Origin: an uncultured Methanosarcinales archaeon
GTDB lineage: Archaea > Halobacteriota > Methanosarcinia > Methanotrichales > Methanotrichaceae
DNA length: 64,000 bases
Assembly (NCBI GenBank): GCA_963843555.1
Contig: CAWJKV010000003.1
Location: 1-64,000, forward strand
Direction of reading: 5' to 3'
Shown: piece by piece, positions 9,915-19,750 of the stretch
Numbering within the stretch: the first letter of the stretch is position 1
Layout: every line of letters begins with the position of its first letter
Program-made: the position numbers and the translations under genes
Notes under the pieces: generated by a model
Seen by the model: only the letters and a program-made list of their open reading frames with translations
The model's database searches: none
Told to the model about the DNA's origin: nothing

Positions 9915-10919
9915 TCAGGATCGTTCAGATCCTGTCGACCGGCCATGCCCCTGATTTTGCGGCTTTTCCCTGAACTTTATCAGATTTGTGAGAAGATCGT
10001 TGTAGGGCGTCGAGATGCCAAGTTCCTCTGCGTATCTGGAGATGGCTCCGTTGAGTGCATCGATCTCCGTCTTTCTTCCTGCCTGGATGTCCTGCAGCAT
10101 GCTGGCGCGGTGACCTGCAGTGGGCGGTAGCTGCGTCTCCAAAAGATAACGATAGTATTCATCCGCGCCCCTGTAGGGAAGCGTCACTCCCAGGGCCTGG
10201 CACACCAGGAAGATCTCCGTTATGATGATCTTGATTATATTCCGGGTCTCTTCGTTATCTCCTAATTTGCCATAGGGGACCTCTAGAATAGCTCCCAGTG
10301 GATTGAGGGAGCAGTTGTAGAGCACCTTCCCCCAGAGCGCTGACCAGATCTCGTCCTTGCCAACGATTCTGGCGGGAATTCCGGAGAGGTTGAGATCCTC
10401 TTGCAGGGTTTGCAAAAGAGGCCGGTTCACGGTCCCAAAGGGCTCGCCCAGCAGGACGTCGTCTGCGTTGACGGTTACCCTGGCCTGGCCGGGGATTGGG
10501 ATCTCTGCACCAAAGATGACGCGAGCGCCTACAGTACGCTCTTCTCCGACGCTTTGGCTTATGGCCTCCCAGTTGTTGAGCCCGTTTTGTATGGAGACCA
10601 TGATGCCGTCTTCTTGCAGCAGCGGAGCGGCCTGGGACGCGGCCGTCTTTGTATCTTTGGATTTTACGCACAAGAGTATGGTCGAATATCTCTTCCGGGA
10701 AGGCTCTGCACTTGTGAGGGCATCGATCTCTTCTGGCGGGATGAAGTGTTCTCCCCAGATGCCGGTGATCTTCAAACCGTGCTCCTGAAGGGCCAGGAAA
10801 TGCACACCCCGGCCGGCGTATGTCACACGGCGGCCGATCTTCTGCAGAAATCCCCCCAGGACGCTGCCTAAGGCGCCTGCGCCGTAGATGAGATAACTGG
10901 GATTCTGGCTTTGGTCCAT
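9915..10919 (-). CDS. panE: 2-dehydropantoate 2-reductase
   Basis: IYGAGALG, LLCVKS, SIQNG, LWGKVLYNCSLNPL, SMLQD, TEIDALNG. Confidence 0.92.
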   Translation of the reverse strand: MDQSQNPSYLIYGAGALGSVLGGFLQKIGRRVTYAGRGVHFLALQEHGLKITGIWGEHFIPPEEIDALTSAEPSRKRYSTILLCVKSKDTKTAASQAAPLLQEDGIMVSIQNGLNNWEAISQSVGEERTVGARVIFGAEIPIPGQARVTVNADDVLLGEPFGTVNRPLLQTLQEDLNLSGIPARIVGKDEIWSALWGKVLYNCSLNPLGAILEVPYGKLGDNEETRNIIKIIITEIFLVCQALGVTLPYRGADEYYRYLLETQLPPTAGHRASMLQDIQAGRKTEIDALNGAISRYAEELGISTPYNDLLTNLIKFREKPQNQGHGRSTGSERS

Positions 10920-11017
10920 AAAACGCGATTTGGAGCTGGCTCTTTAAGAGGGTTTCGAAAAATCACCAGATTAATTATAACTATCAGGCCAACGAATGCC
11001 AGGAATAACGTGATTGT

Positions 11018-11491
11018 ATGCCACTTGATCCCTATGATTACTTGCGAATTCAGGTCCAGATGGATTTTGGATGCCAACGCTGCGGCGCATGTTGCCAGGT
11101 AGCTGATCCAATCGACATCTATCCCAAAGATATCCGGAGATTGGCAAGCTACTTTGAGATCTCCCTGGAAGAGGCGATCGATGAATACACAGTCCCTCAC
11201 CCGAGCGAGCCCGACATCCGCGCCTTTAAGGCCAGCGCGCCATGCCAATTTTACGACAAGACGCTGAAAGGCTGCAAGATATATCAGGCCCGGCCGATGG
11301 TCTGCAGGTGCAGCCCTTTCTTGAGCCCCGGTCAGATAGGGCTGCAGGGCGTGGAGATCTACGAGGACTGCCCCGCCTCTGCGGAGAGCCTCAAGAGAAT
11401 TGAAAGGGATTTGGATCTGCTGCTGAGTCCAGACTCTAAAACGCAGAAAAAGCTGGAAAAGGCTCTATCCAAGATGATGCAGTTTGAGTGA
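11018..11491 (+). CDS. YkgJ-family (CxxCxxCC) cysteine-cluster protein
   Basis: CQRCGACC, PCQFYD, CKIYQARPMVCR. Confidence 0.85.
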   Translation: MPLDPYDYLRIQVQMDFGCQRCGACCQVADPIDIYPKDIRRLASYFEISLEEAIDEYTVPHPSEPDIRAFKASAPCQFYDKTLKGCKIYQARPMVCRCSPFLSPGQIGLQGVEIYEDCPASAESLKRIERDLDLLLSPDSKTQKKLEKALSKMMQFE

Positions 11492-11612
11492 TCCATCGTA
11501 AGTCAGCTTTTCGTTCATTCGAATATTTTATAGGCTGGTACATCGATACAGGGATATTCTTAAGACGGGAAAGGCTAAAGAGAATCAGCCATAGTCGTAG
11601 CGAGGTGACTTT

Positions 11613-11750
11613 ATGCCAACGAGTAAGAAACAGATGGAAAAGCTGAACAGAGCTAAAAAGGCCAAGGCAGAAGAGCTCTCGAAGCAGGTAGCTTTGGGTA
11701 ACCAATCCGCCAAGAAGAAGCTCAAGAAGCTCGAGAAAAAGCTCAAGTGA
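11613..11750 (+). CDS. Small Lys-rich protein, 45 aa (MPTSKKQMEKLNRAKKAKAEELSKQVALGNQSAKKKLKKLEKKLK)
   Basis: RBS GAGGTGA just upstream of ATG, open frame, T-rich terminator tract after the stop; below the ORF-track cutoff. Confidence 0.75.
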   Translation: MPTSKKQMEKLNRAKKAKAEELSKQVALGNQSAKKKLKKLEKKLK

Positions 11751-11793
11751 GCCGCCTGGCCTTTCACCTATTTTTTATCTTCTTTTTAGCGAG

Positions 11794-12170
11794 TGTGGAG
11801 TCCCGAAACTATTTCGCACCTACTTAAGCTCCGAACTCGAAGTTCGGAATATGAAATTGAATAAGCGAAAAATCCACTGGATTATTCGCGAAAAGAAGAA
11901 GGGGGTGACAACAAGCGAGATTGCCAGGGATATGAAAATATCCCGCAGACGGTTCCTGCAGGTCTGGAAACAGTATCTTGATACGGGAATAGAGCCAGTT
12001 ATCGGCAAAGATATTGGCCGGCCCAAGAAATCATATGATTCAAAAGGAGCTCAGATTGTTGTTTTGGCCTATGCTCGCTACAGATTTGGGGCACGGATGC
12101 TTGAGGCAGCGATAAGGAAGATCTATAACTTGCATATCTCATAATCGTATCCACATGTATCTGAAAGCAT
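11794..12170 (+). mobile_element. Truncated IS481-like insertion sequence (left end plus transposase N-terminus 11851..~12170)
   Basis: Starts with TGT; HTH-type N-terminus MKLNKRKIHWIIREKKKG...GRPKK...YRFGARMLE; catalytic DDE part absent. Confidence 0.65.
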
Positions 12171-12471
12171 CCGGGCCCTCGGCAAGATGTATCTTCCGGC
12201 GGGCCTCCTTCACAGGCATCTTGCCGCCATTTGCAGCAAGTAGGGCCCTTCAAGATCTTAAGTCGCGCAGGCTTTGACTAAGGACTGATGGAGGACTGAG
12301 GCCCTTCGTGGTCAAAGCTATCCAAGCATCCGTCTGAAAATATTGAAAATACGGACAAGTTCGCTATGGGAACCCACGGGCCTTGAGTTAATCGGAGTCC
12401 TTAAAAAAAATCTCTTCATCCGAAGGCTTTTTCATTGCTTACTCCGCGTGCTATAGAATCGAGGGAATGAT

Positions 12472-13401
12472 ATGAGAGCTATCCAATGGCTGATATTTTT
12501 GCTAGTTTTAACCGCACCGGTATCCGTAAGTGCAATGGCTATTGATTCTGTGGACCGGCATTCCACTTCAAATGAGTCCGATTCTTTGGCCTGGCGCAAT
12601 TCAGGTGATGCTTATTATATTATTGGCCAGTATAACGAATCCATCGAGGCCTATGATAGAGCCGTAGAGCTCGATCCCAGGAATGTGGACGTATGGATTG
12701 CCAAAGGCAATGTGCTCAATGACCTCGGTAGGTATAACGAGTCTCTAGAATCTTTTGATAAAGCCCTCAAACTGGATTCCGGGGATGCAGCAGCCTGGAA
12801 TAATAAAGGAATCGCTCTTTCAAAATTAGGCTACTATTTGGAAGGTGTCAGATGCTACGAAGAAGCCATAAATATAAATCCGAAATACGCAGAAATTTGG
12901 GTTAACAAAGGAAATGCCCTTTCGGATCTGGGTAGACACAATGAATCTCTTGAAAGCTATTACAAGGCAATTGAGCTCAATCTGCATTATGCCAGTGCCT
13001 GGTATAATCTGGGTAGCGAACTTGATGAATTGGGCCGTTACAATGAGGCTATAGAAGCCTTTGACAAAGCCATCGAGATAGATCCAAAGGATTCTGAAGC
13101 CTGGAATAACAAAGGAAATGCCCTTCGTGATTTGGGTAGGTATAATGAGTCCATCCAATCTTATGAAAGAGCTACCGAGCTGGATCCCAAGTTGGCACTG
13201 GCATTCAAAAATGAATCGTATGCTCAAGCTTGGTCAAAAATTGTTTGGGATGTGAATAATAATGAATCATTGGAACGCATAAAATCCGAAGGGTGCGAAA
13301 TAATTTCAGGACTGCACAGTTTCATGCTCTCCTTGATATGTGTTCGATGGCTATTTGGTTATTTCTTTCGTCGCCAGGGCCGCTCTTCTATCTTTCGCTG
13401 A
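12472..13401 (+). CDS. Secreted TPR-repeat protein (C-terminus probably truncated, running into the island-end repeat)
   Basis: Signal peptide, ~6 TPRs (AWNNKGNAL...YDRAVELDP); last ~20 codons overlap repeat 13340-13565. Confidence 0.85.
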   Translation: MRAIQWLIFLLVLTAPVSVSAMAIDSVDRHSTSNESDSLAWRNSGDAYYIIGQYNESIEAYDRAVELDPRNVDVWIAKGNVLNDLGRYNESLESFDKALKLDSGDAAAWNNKGIALSKLGYYLEGVRCYEEAININPKYAEIWVNKGNALSDLGRHNESLESYYKAIELNLHYASAWYNLGSELDELGRYNEAIEAFDKAIEIDPKDSEAWNNKGNALRDLGRYNESIQSYERATELDPKLALAFKNESYAQAWSKIVWDVNNNESLERIKSEGCEIISGLHSFMLSLICVRWLFGYFFRRQGRSSIFR

Positions 13402-13565
13402 TGGTCATTGGGTAAAGCCTGAAGGTCTACATGTCCTGTGGGTGTTTCTTGACTTGATGCCAAGTTTATCCTCTTGATTTTTTACTCACCGATCCACATC
13501 CGGGTAACGCCATTACCTGTTGATTCGGTGATTTTAAAAATGGAGATGATATACATATGATTGAA
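13340..13565 (-). repeat. Island-segment end sequence, homologous to 14225-14457
   Basis: Shared blocks gggtaaagcctgaaggtct, ctgtgggtgtttct, tgccaagtttatcctctt, ccgatcc; both copies abut an SRP 3'-end copy. Confidence 0.9.
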
Positions 13566-13615
13566 TGGCAGGCCCGCCAGCGGTTGCCCTCGAACTCGCA
13601 CGCCAGTTAATCCCG
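13566..13615 (-). repeat. SRP RNA 3'-end duplication (att-like), 50 bp
   Basis: Matches 25393-25442 with 1 mismatch. Confidence 0.95.
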
Positions 13616-13736
13616 TGCACCATTGGCGCTCTTGTTTGCTCGGCGGCATCATCGCATATATTTCCTCGCGATAATAACATCAAAAAACTCTGACCTTGTT
13701 ACTGAAACCGGATGGTTTTATGGCCTTGAAATGCAG

Positions 13737-14210
13737 TCAGGACAACCCGAGACGGTCTTTTATGGATCGTATATCTGCCTGCATCTGTCTGAATTGCATT
13801 GCATACCCCGGTTGGACATCTTCTCTCACGCCTTTGATCTCTTCCAGAACCTGAGGGATTGCATCGGTATTCCCTTTCACTGCCAGGAGGATTGGAATCG
13901 CCTTATTCATTTGAGATGCCGTGTTTATCGATGCAAATTGCCACAACGGCATGACGGCCCCGGTGTAGTCCTCGGATCTCACATTATCCACTTTAGCGAG
14001 CGGCGGTCGCTCCAACATGGCTGAGTTATAGAATTTCGTGGTTCTCTGCTCGTCACCTTCGACCAGGGCTATAACTGCCTGTTGTCCATCTTCATCGTCA
14101 TTGTAGACCTCAAAACCTCGGAGGGCCAGGCGCATTGCTAACTCAGCGAGGTAGGGCCTGTAGCCCACGTCATGTACTTTTTGACCTGTGATCGTTATTT
14201 TTAACTTCAT
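13737..14210 (-). CDS. Acylphosphatase-like domain protein with C-terminal coiled coil
   Basis: ITGQKVHDVGYRP, GFEVYN, VIALVEGDE; start at MKLKITI (or up to 14219). Confidence 0.8.
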   Translation of the reverse strand: MKLKITITGQKVHDVGYRPYLAELAMRLALRGFEVYNDDEDGQQAVIALVEGDEQRTTKFYNSAMLERPPLAKVDNVRSEDYTGAVMPLWQFASINTASQMNKAIPILLAVKGNTDAIPQVLEEIKGVREDVQPGYAMQFRQMQADIRSIKDRLGLS

Positions 14211-14224
14211 GCTCATCATGATAA

Positions 14225-14457
14225 GTGTTCGTTGGGCTATTTGATCATTTCTCAAGTTGCCAGGATCTCTTCTATCTTTCGCCTTCATGGTCTTTGGGTA
14301 AAGCCTGAAGGTCTGCATCTCTCTGTGGGTGTTTCTAGACCTGGTGCCAAGTTTATCCTCTTAATTTTTTTAGTCGCCGATCCGTATCCGTTCAATGCCG
14401 TTACTTGTTGTATTCGACGGGATTTTAAGAATAGGAATAAATATACACAGGGTTAAA
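14225..14457 (-). repeat. Island-segment end sequence, homologous to 13340-13565
   Basis: Alignment by eye over ~230 bp. Confidence 0.9.
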
Positions 14458-14584
14458 TGGCAGGCGCGCCAGCGGTTGCCCTCGAGCTCGCGCGCCAGTT
14501 AATCCCGATGCATCCTCCTGCCCTTATACCTATAAGCGACAGTTACCCGCAGCAGGTCTGCTCCCTTCCGGGCCTGAACCGGTT
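14458..14584 (-). repeat. SRP RNA 3'-end duplication (att-like), 127 bp, includes helix 8 motif
   Basis: Matches 25393-25519 with 5 mismatches; minus strand has CAGGCCCGGAAGGGAGCAG. Confidence 0.95.
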
Positions 14585-14790
14585 TGGTGCAGGGAAAAGA
14601 TTGCACCTGTTTTGAACCTCATGCCGCAATAGTATTGCCGAAAGAGAGTTGTGGAAGTTGAAGGGTATGAACTGAAAATCGTCAGCCGTTATAGGTGATA
14701 TAAACCCGATTATGAAAGGGCCGCATTCTAGAGATTTTAAGATCAGATTTTAGAGATATTACTAAAACTAGACATATAAAAGTATCTATA

Positions 14791-15573
14791 TTATTGACTA
14801 TTATCATACAGGTTTCTTAAAATATTTTGTGCACTTTCAGGAAGGAAATAGGACAGAAATAGACTGATTAAGATTCCAACTAGAATCGCGATGCTAAAAC
14901 TGAGAAGCGTTCCGAATAAGATGTATTCGCTGGTTTTTCGTTCATTGAATCTCAAGATTGATTTGGCAGTAACTAATAGTCCTATTGCAGTATATTGGTG
15001 AAGCAGCATCAGTGTGTAGATCAAAAGACGCTCAGTATAGCCGATATACTTGCCTGCATTCTTCAGGCCATCAGAATCCTCAAATTCCGGCCTCCAGCTT
15101 TCAACCAATTTTGATATGAGAATACTGGCTGGCCGGAAAAGGACGATATATCCTGCCAACACGACAATTAAGCAAATCGCAGTGGATGAAGACAGCCAAA
15201 TTTTAAAAAAGGGAATGCCTTGATGCCAATTCAATGGGAATAATAAAGACAGGATTATTATGATTACTGCAAAATGTCCGAGTTGATCGAATATGAATGA
15301 TTTCAGCGTATTATTAAAGTGCGTTTTCATCAAATCTATGACCAAATGGCTCAATAAAGTTAACACGACTACAAAAGCCGTCGCATATAAATTAAAGAAT
15401 AGAGCCGATGCAATCCCTGCAAGAGTGGCAGCTACAAAAGCGTGCAAATAAAGATATTTCGACCTCGATTTGTGCTCTTCTTTGTCTTTTACCCATTTGT
15501 CAGGCTGCAATGCAAAATCAGAAATTATGTGGGCAAAGATCAGGTAGATTAAAAAGGAAAATATTAGCTCCAT
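14791..15573 (-). CDS. DUF3307 (SatE-like) membrane protein
   Basis: AHIISDFALQ, SHLVID, FDQLGH, GKYIGYTERLL, LVTAKSILRF, EYILFGTLLSF; multiple TMs; follows satD-like gene. Confidence 0.85.
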   Translation of the reverse strand: MELIFSFLIYLIFAHIISDFALQPDKWVKDKEEHKSRSKYLYLHAFVAATLAGIASALFFNLYATAFVVVLTLLSHLVIDLMKTHFNNTLKSFIFDQLGHFAVIIIILSLLFPLNWHQGIPFFKIWLSSSTAICLIVVLAGYIVLFRPASILISKLVESWRPEFEDSDGLKNAGKYIGYTERLLIYTLMLLHQYTAIGLLVTAKSILRFNERKTSEYILFGTLLSFSIAILVGILISLFLSYFLPESAQNILRNLYDNSQ

Positions 15574-15577
15574 ATTT

Positions 15578-16272
15578 TTAATCTCCTTTGTGATTAATTA
15601 TGTGACTGTTGATTTTCGTTTTGATCAACTCAGAATACCTTTCAACAATTCTAACCACAATATCGTAATCCGTCTTCTTTAGCCGTCTGCCGACCGCAGA
15701 GAAGCTGATATTTAGCTTTTCTCCGATTTCCTTTAAATTATAATCATCAAGCTTATACATCACAGCAGCACATTGCTTAGTCGTCCATTTGCTTATTAAT
15801 CGATCAACTACTAAGCAATGAATATCCATTTCTGCATCTACTTCAGGCCAGGGCGTCTTAACAATCAGATTTCTATCTCCTTTCAAGTTTCTGTCCAGAA
15901 GTTGGCCGGAATTTCTAAATGCTTCACCTGACATCTCACCGATGTTATAATTGTCCTTGCCAGTTGGGAGATGATCAATTTTTCCCAAGCCTATTGCAAT
16001 TCTAGCGTCTAATCTTGGATAGGTTTCATCTACCTTAAAACTCGATATTAATCTTAGCCGCAAGATAATTGCATCTTTTATTGCGGAATCCGGATTTGAC
16101 GTTGCTATCTGAAAACTATCTCCTCTAAAAATAGACGGCGGGATTAGTGAATTCTTTTCAAATAGTCTAAGGAATCATGAAGATCGTCGACCCAAGAACT
16201 GCCAAATCGTTCTGTAAGTCGAGTTGATCCGATAATATCTCCAGTCATTACTGCATATATTTTATCGTCCAT
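15578..16272 (-). CDS. SatD family protein (cyclase-like palm domain + C-terminal HTH), frameshift near 16170
   Basis: MDDKIYAVMTGDIIGST / IFRGDSFQ / RIAIGLG / GEAFRNSG / EIGEKLNISFSAVGRRLK across two frames. Confidence 0.82.
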
Positions 16273-16432
16273 AGTGGATTCCTTTTTCTACTTAGCATTA
16301 TTTTGATAGAAACGTTACTTAAAGATGTCGGGAAAATCTTTACGCAATTACCCGCGCACGATTTACACGAGCAAGCATTCCCCTTACGTTATCAAATTTC
16401 AGTATAACGCATATGTTATTGTCTCTGATAGA

Positions 16433-16530
16433 AGCATAGATTACTCCAATTTCTGTAATTGGATCATATGTTACTCCAATTTCTATGATTGGAGCATATG
16501 CTACTCCAATTTCTGTAATTGGAGCATATC
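16433..16530. repeat. Tandem 30-bp repeat (3 full units + partial) with internal palindrome CTCCAATT-N5-AATTGGAG
   Basis: Units 16441-16470, 16471-16500, 16501-16530; no spacers. Confidence 0.92.
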
Positions 16531-16849
16531 TTGCAGTACTCTGATTGAAGCAGATCTATTGGAGTATCTTGATGATAGCCGTCATCGGATCATCTCAACC
16601 ACCGATTCCTCGCAGGGAATACGCTTACCCGTCGTCCTCGGTATGGCTTGAACGATCTGGAGGTTTAAACGGCAAATGGCAGACTGCATCTCATTCATTT
16701 CCTTTCTTGATTTCCCGAACCCATTCCCTGATTCCAGGATGATATGGTTATTCAGATCTTAGCATTCGTTTTATCGAACTACAGATTAGACGACACTGCC
16801 GCCGAATGCGGCGGAACAAGATATATCAGATATATAATGCTCATCCAGT

Positions 16850-17710
16850 CTAAATCATTTGCCCGTATATGATTGGGGCCATAGCAATCAGCGTGAATCC
16901 CGTTATCAATCTGATGGAGACTCTGTGTTTGTTCCTGAAATGATCCACTTGCTCTGGGCTCATACCCAGCGCGATGATCCCTCCAATGAGGAGCATTGGT
17001 AGTGCTATGCCCACGTTGTAAATCAACAAATAGAGCAGTCCTGATGAGGCATACCCCTGGCTGGAGATCATGCCGATAATAGCGATATAGATCCCTCCCA
17101 CACATGGAGCCCTTACCAGAGAGAAGAGCGCTCCTAATAGGAAATAGGAGCTGAGCCTGCGGCTGGAAACGACACCATGGACATACTTCTTAGTCCAATC
17201 CGTGCGGAAGAGTGACGTGCCCCCACTTTGTAGCCTCCTGGCATCCTCCAGTTGCATTAGCCCCAAAACCAATAGGACAGCTGCCAGAACAAGGCGGAAC
17301 ATAGCGGCAGTAGACCTTTCCTGTAGAACGCTAAATAAGCCCACAGCGATAACAATGTAGACTGCAAGCATGCCCAGAGAAAAGGCAGCTACCATGGTCA
17401 GGATGTCTTTTCTGCGGCCTGTACTGGACAGCATTGAGCTTGCAAGAAACGCCAGTATAGCAAGAAGACAGGGATTAAAGCCCGCTAAAAGGCCGGCTGC
17501 AAAGACAGTAGCTACAGATGATACAGTGAGATCTTCGAGGGCACCAGCAGTAGCTTCATTAGCGCATACTGGAGAAGTGACCGTGGCGTCTGTAGTACTA
17601 CCTGTAGCTAAGACGGGCGATAAAGTCATGACTGATATCATTATCAGTAAAATTGCGATGATACAGAGTCGCACGGCCTGCATTCTGGTATTCTCGGATA
17701 AGCGTATCAT
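16850..17710 (-). CDS. CcdA/DsbD-like cytochrome c biogenesis (thiol:disulfide interchange) membrane protein
   Basis: GLLAGFNPCLL and RAPCVGGIY cysteine motifs in TMs; YNVGIALP. Confidence 0.85.
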   Translation of the reverse strand: MIRLSENTRMQAVRLCIIAILLIMISVMTLSPVLATGSTTDATVTSPVCANEATAGALEDLTVSSVATVFAAGLLAGFNPCLLAILAFLASSMLSSTGRRKDILTMVAAFSLGMLAVYIVIAVGLFSVLQERSTAAMFRLVLAAVLLVLGLMQLEDARRLQSGGTSLFRTDWTKKYVHGVVSSRRLSSYFLLGALFSLVRAPCVGGIYIAIIGMISSQGYASSGLLYLLIYNVGIALPMLLIGGIIALGMSPEQVDHFRNKHRVSIRLITGFTLIAMAPIIYGQMI

Positions 17711-17973
17711 AGCAGCATATGATGGGTTCTAAGAAGAGGTCGTACCTTGAATTATTTATCAGTATTGATGTAGATCAACTGTCGCATGGAGCTGATGCCC
17801 AAGGAATTCCATGTGAACGGCTCTGCTCCAGATTATCTGCCTAATAGACGATCCATGAAGAACTCATAACCAGCTCCTGCGAAATACGGTACTCTTTACT
17901 CATGCCCCTCCATGCTTGCCGGTCGCCCTATAAATCCGGCTTTGAAAACAGGATCAATATATTTATTGTTAAA

Positions 17974-18065
17974 TGGCAGGCCCGCCAGCGGTTGCCACTG
18001 AACTCGCGCGCCAGTTAGTCCCGATGCTTCCTCCTCCCCTTATACCTATAAGCGACAGTTACCCG
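17974..18065 (-). repeat. SRP RNA 3'-end duplication (att-like), 92 bp
   Basis: Matches 25393-25484 with a few mismatches. Confidence 0.95.
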
Positions 18066-18319
18066 TAAACCTTTAAGCCCTTGATAGATGCGCTAGCATA
18101 TTGATTCTGCTCTTTTAGCCCTCATATTATACATAGTAAACGCGCTTATCGTATATGTAATTTTTGTGTAAATAAATACCATTACTAGTCGTATTTTCAG
18201 GTAATCTATTTCATTTTGTAAAGCATTTACCGTATAATTCTATCACATACCTACTAGAAAGTGGTAGTATACGTGGCATCAACATCTAGCAAGTTGGTTG
18301 GCTTTTCCCAGCCGCCTTC

Positions 18320-19551
18320 ATCTCATATACTTCCTCGCGAAGGTCGTGATGAAGGCCGCCCACAGAAAGGTGCCAAATATGGCTCCTCTATTGCCACGGC
18401 TCGACTATGCAGGAGCAAGCCTATACCCGGCGGGTGCGGATTGATTATAACCGCAATATAGCCAGGGGCTATCGCACGGTAAAGCTGAACCAAATGTAAT
18501 CTGAATGGCATTTGTAGCACCGATTACCCCGTTTCCCGTCCAATAAATAATGGCAAATAGATGTTAAAAGTTGCAATCCACCATACCTATGAGCCACGGA
18601 TGGGGCGCAAATGCGATATCCAAATATCATTGGATAAAAATATATTCTAATACATTATATTTTATAAAATCTTTCAGATGTTTCCACTTTCTCTCTTTAA
18701 TCGCATTGGCTAGACTGTAAACTAATTCGTTTTTATTTTTAGGAAATGAGACACGATTCTCTAACTCAATTTCTCTTACTTCGTCCCAGTCATACAAAGC
18801 CTCGAAAGGTATACCATTTGCTTTTCTTTCCCTTCCATTTCCTTGAAATGATAATAATCAGCTTCTTCTTTATCGCCTGATACTTCGGCTAGTTTTTTTG
18901 CCTTTCTAAATGCGCTTTGCTGAGAATATGGGTTAAAAAATACTGCATTATATAGATTTATATGATTCGTTTTCAAATCATCTAGATCGATATAGTCTAA
19001 AATCCCTGCATCTCTTAATATTAGGCGGCCAAAAGTGGCTTTACTGAAGTCTGCGTGTTTAAAGAATCTAGCTTTTTCGAAATTGCCATCATCCTTGATA
19101 ATAGCCTCACCAAAGCTCGCGCGTCCCATAAATAGACTGCCGACGAAACTGAGACCTAAAGCTTTCTCATACCAATTAGTAGGGCGGTACATAATCTTTT
19201 CAAAAATGGCTGATTGCTCGAACCTTGCCCTTGAAAACTCAGCGCCACACTTAAAGACGGCTCTTTCGAAAAGAGCTTCTTGGAAGAATCTCGTTTTACT
19301 AAAATCGATAAAATCTTGGAAGGATACGTTGCGGAAATCCAGTTTGCCTTGTATTAATGAATCCGTTATCTCAATCTTGCCCGTGACAAGTTTTCTATCA
19401 TCTTTTGCAGAAGATTTGAATTGCCTAAGTTTAAGTCACCTTTAACTATCACGTGATCATATTTCACTAGCTCGCCTTTCTCGATCTTGGCAAGTATCTC
19501 GCTAGCAGGAACCTCTTTCAAGCCTTGATCTTCTTGCGATTCATCTTCCAT
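18320..19551 (-). pseudogene. Pentapeptide-repeat protein with C-terminal membrane region, multiply frameshifted
   Basis: VPASEILAKIEKG...IVKGDL N-terminus, xAxF pentapeptides (ARFFKHADFSKATF), EADYYHFKEM; 3' end approximate. Confidence 0.6.
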
Positions 19552-19750
19552 GCAGCCTTATTTCCTCCGGGAGATGGCAAATGTTGTCGCCATGAATTAT
19601 ATTCTTTCTCTTTTCCAGACGAGCTGACATAGATTACTTTGGCCCGCTCTGGTCCATTTAAATATTAGGTAATCATAAATGAGGATCAATAGTGCCAACA
19701 CAAAGACACATCGCTAAGCCTTAGGCGCTAAAAATGCAGGAAGATGAGAG

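Noticed and set aside
12172..12320. Structured RNA after the IS481 remnant (gggccct/agggccc, ggcaagatg/catcttgcc, gctttgac/gtcaaagc)
   Set aside because: Stems exist, but no family motifs, promoter or second copy support a call
16433..16530. CRISPR array
   Set aside because: 30-bp units are head-to-tail with no spacers, and no cas genes are in the window
16325..16651. 108-aa ORF with CYSNF repeats
   Set aside because: Merely translates the palindromic DNA repeat and an element-end motif
13566..18065. Additional SRP RNA genes
   Set aside because: Copies contain only the 3' 50-127 nt; the Alu domain and 5' strands are missing
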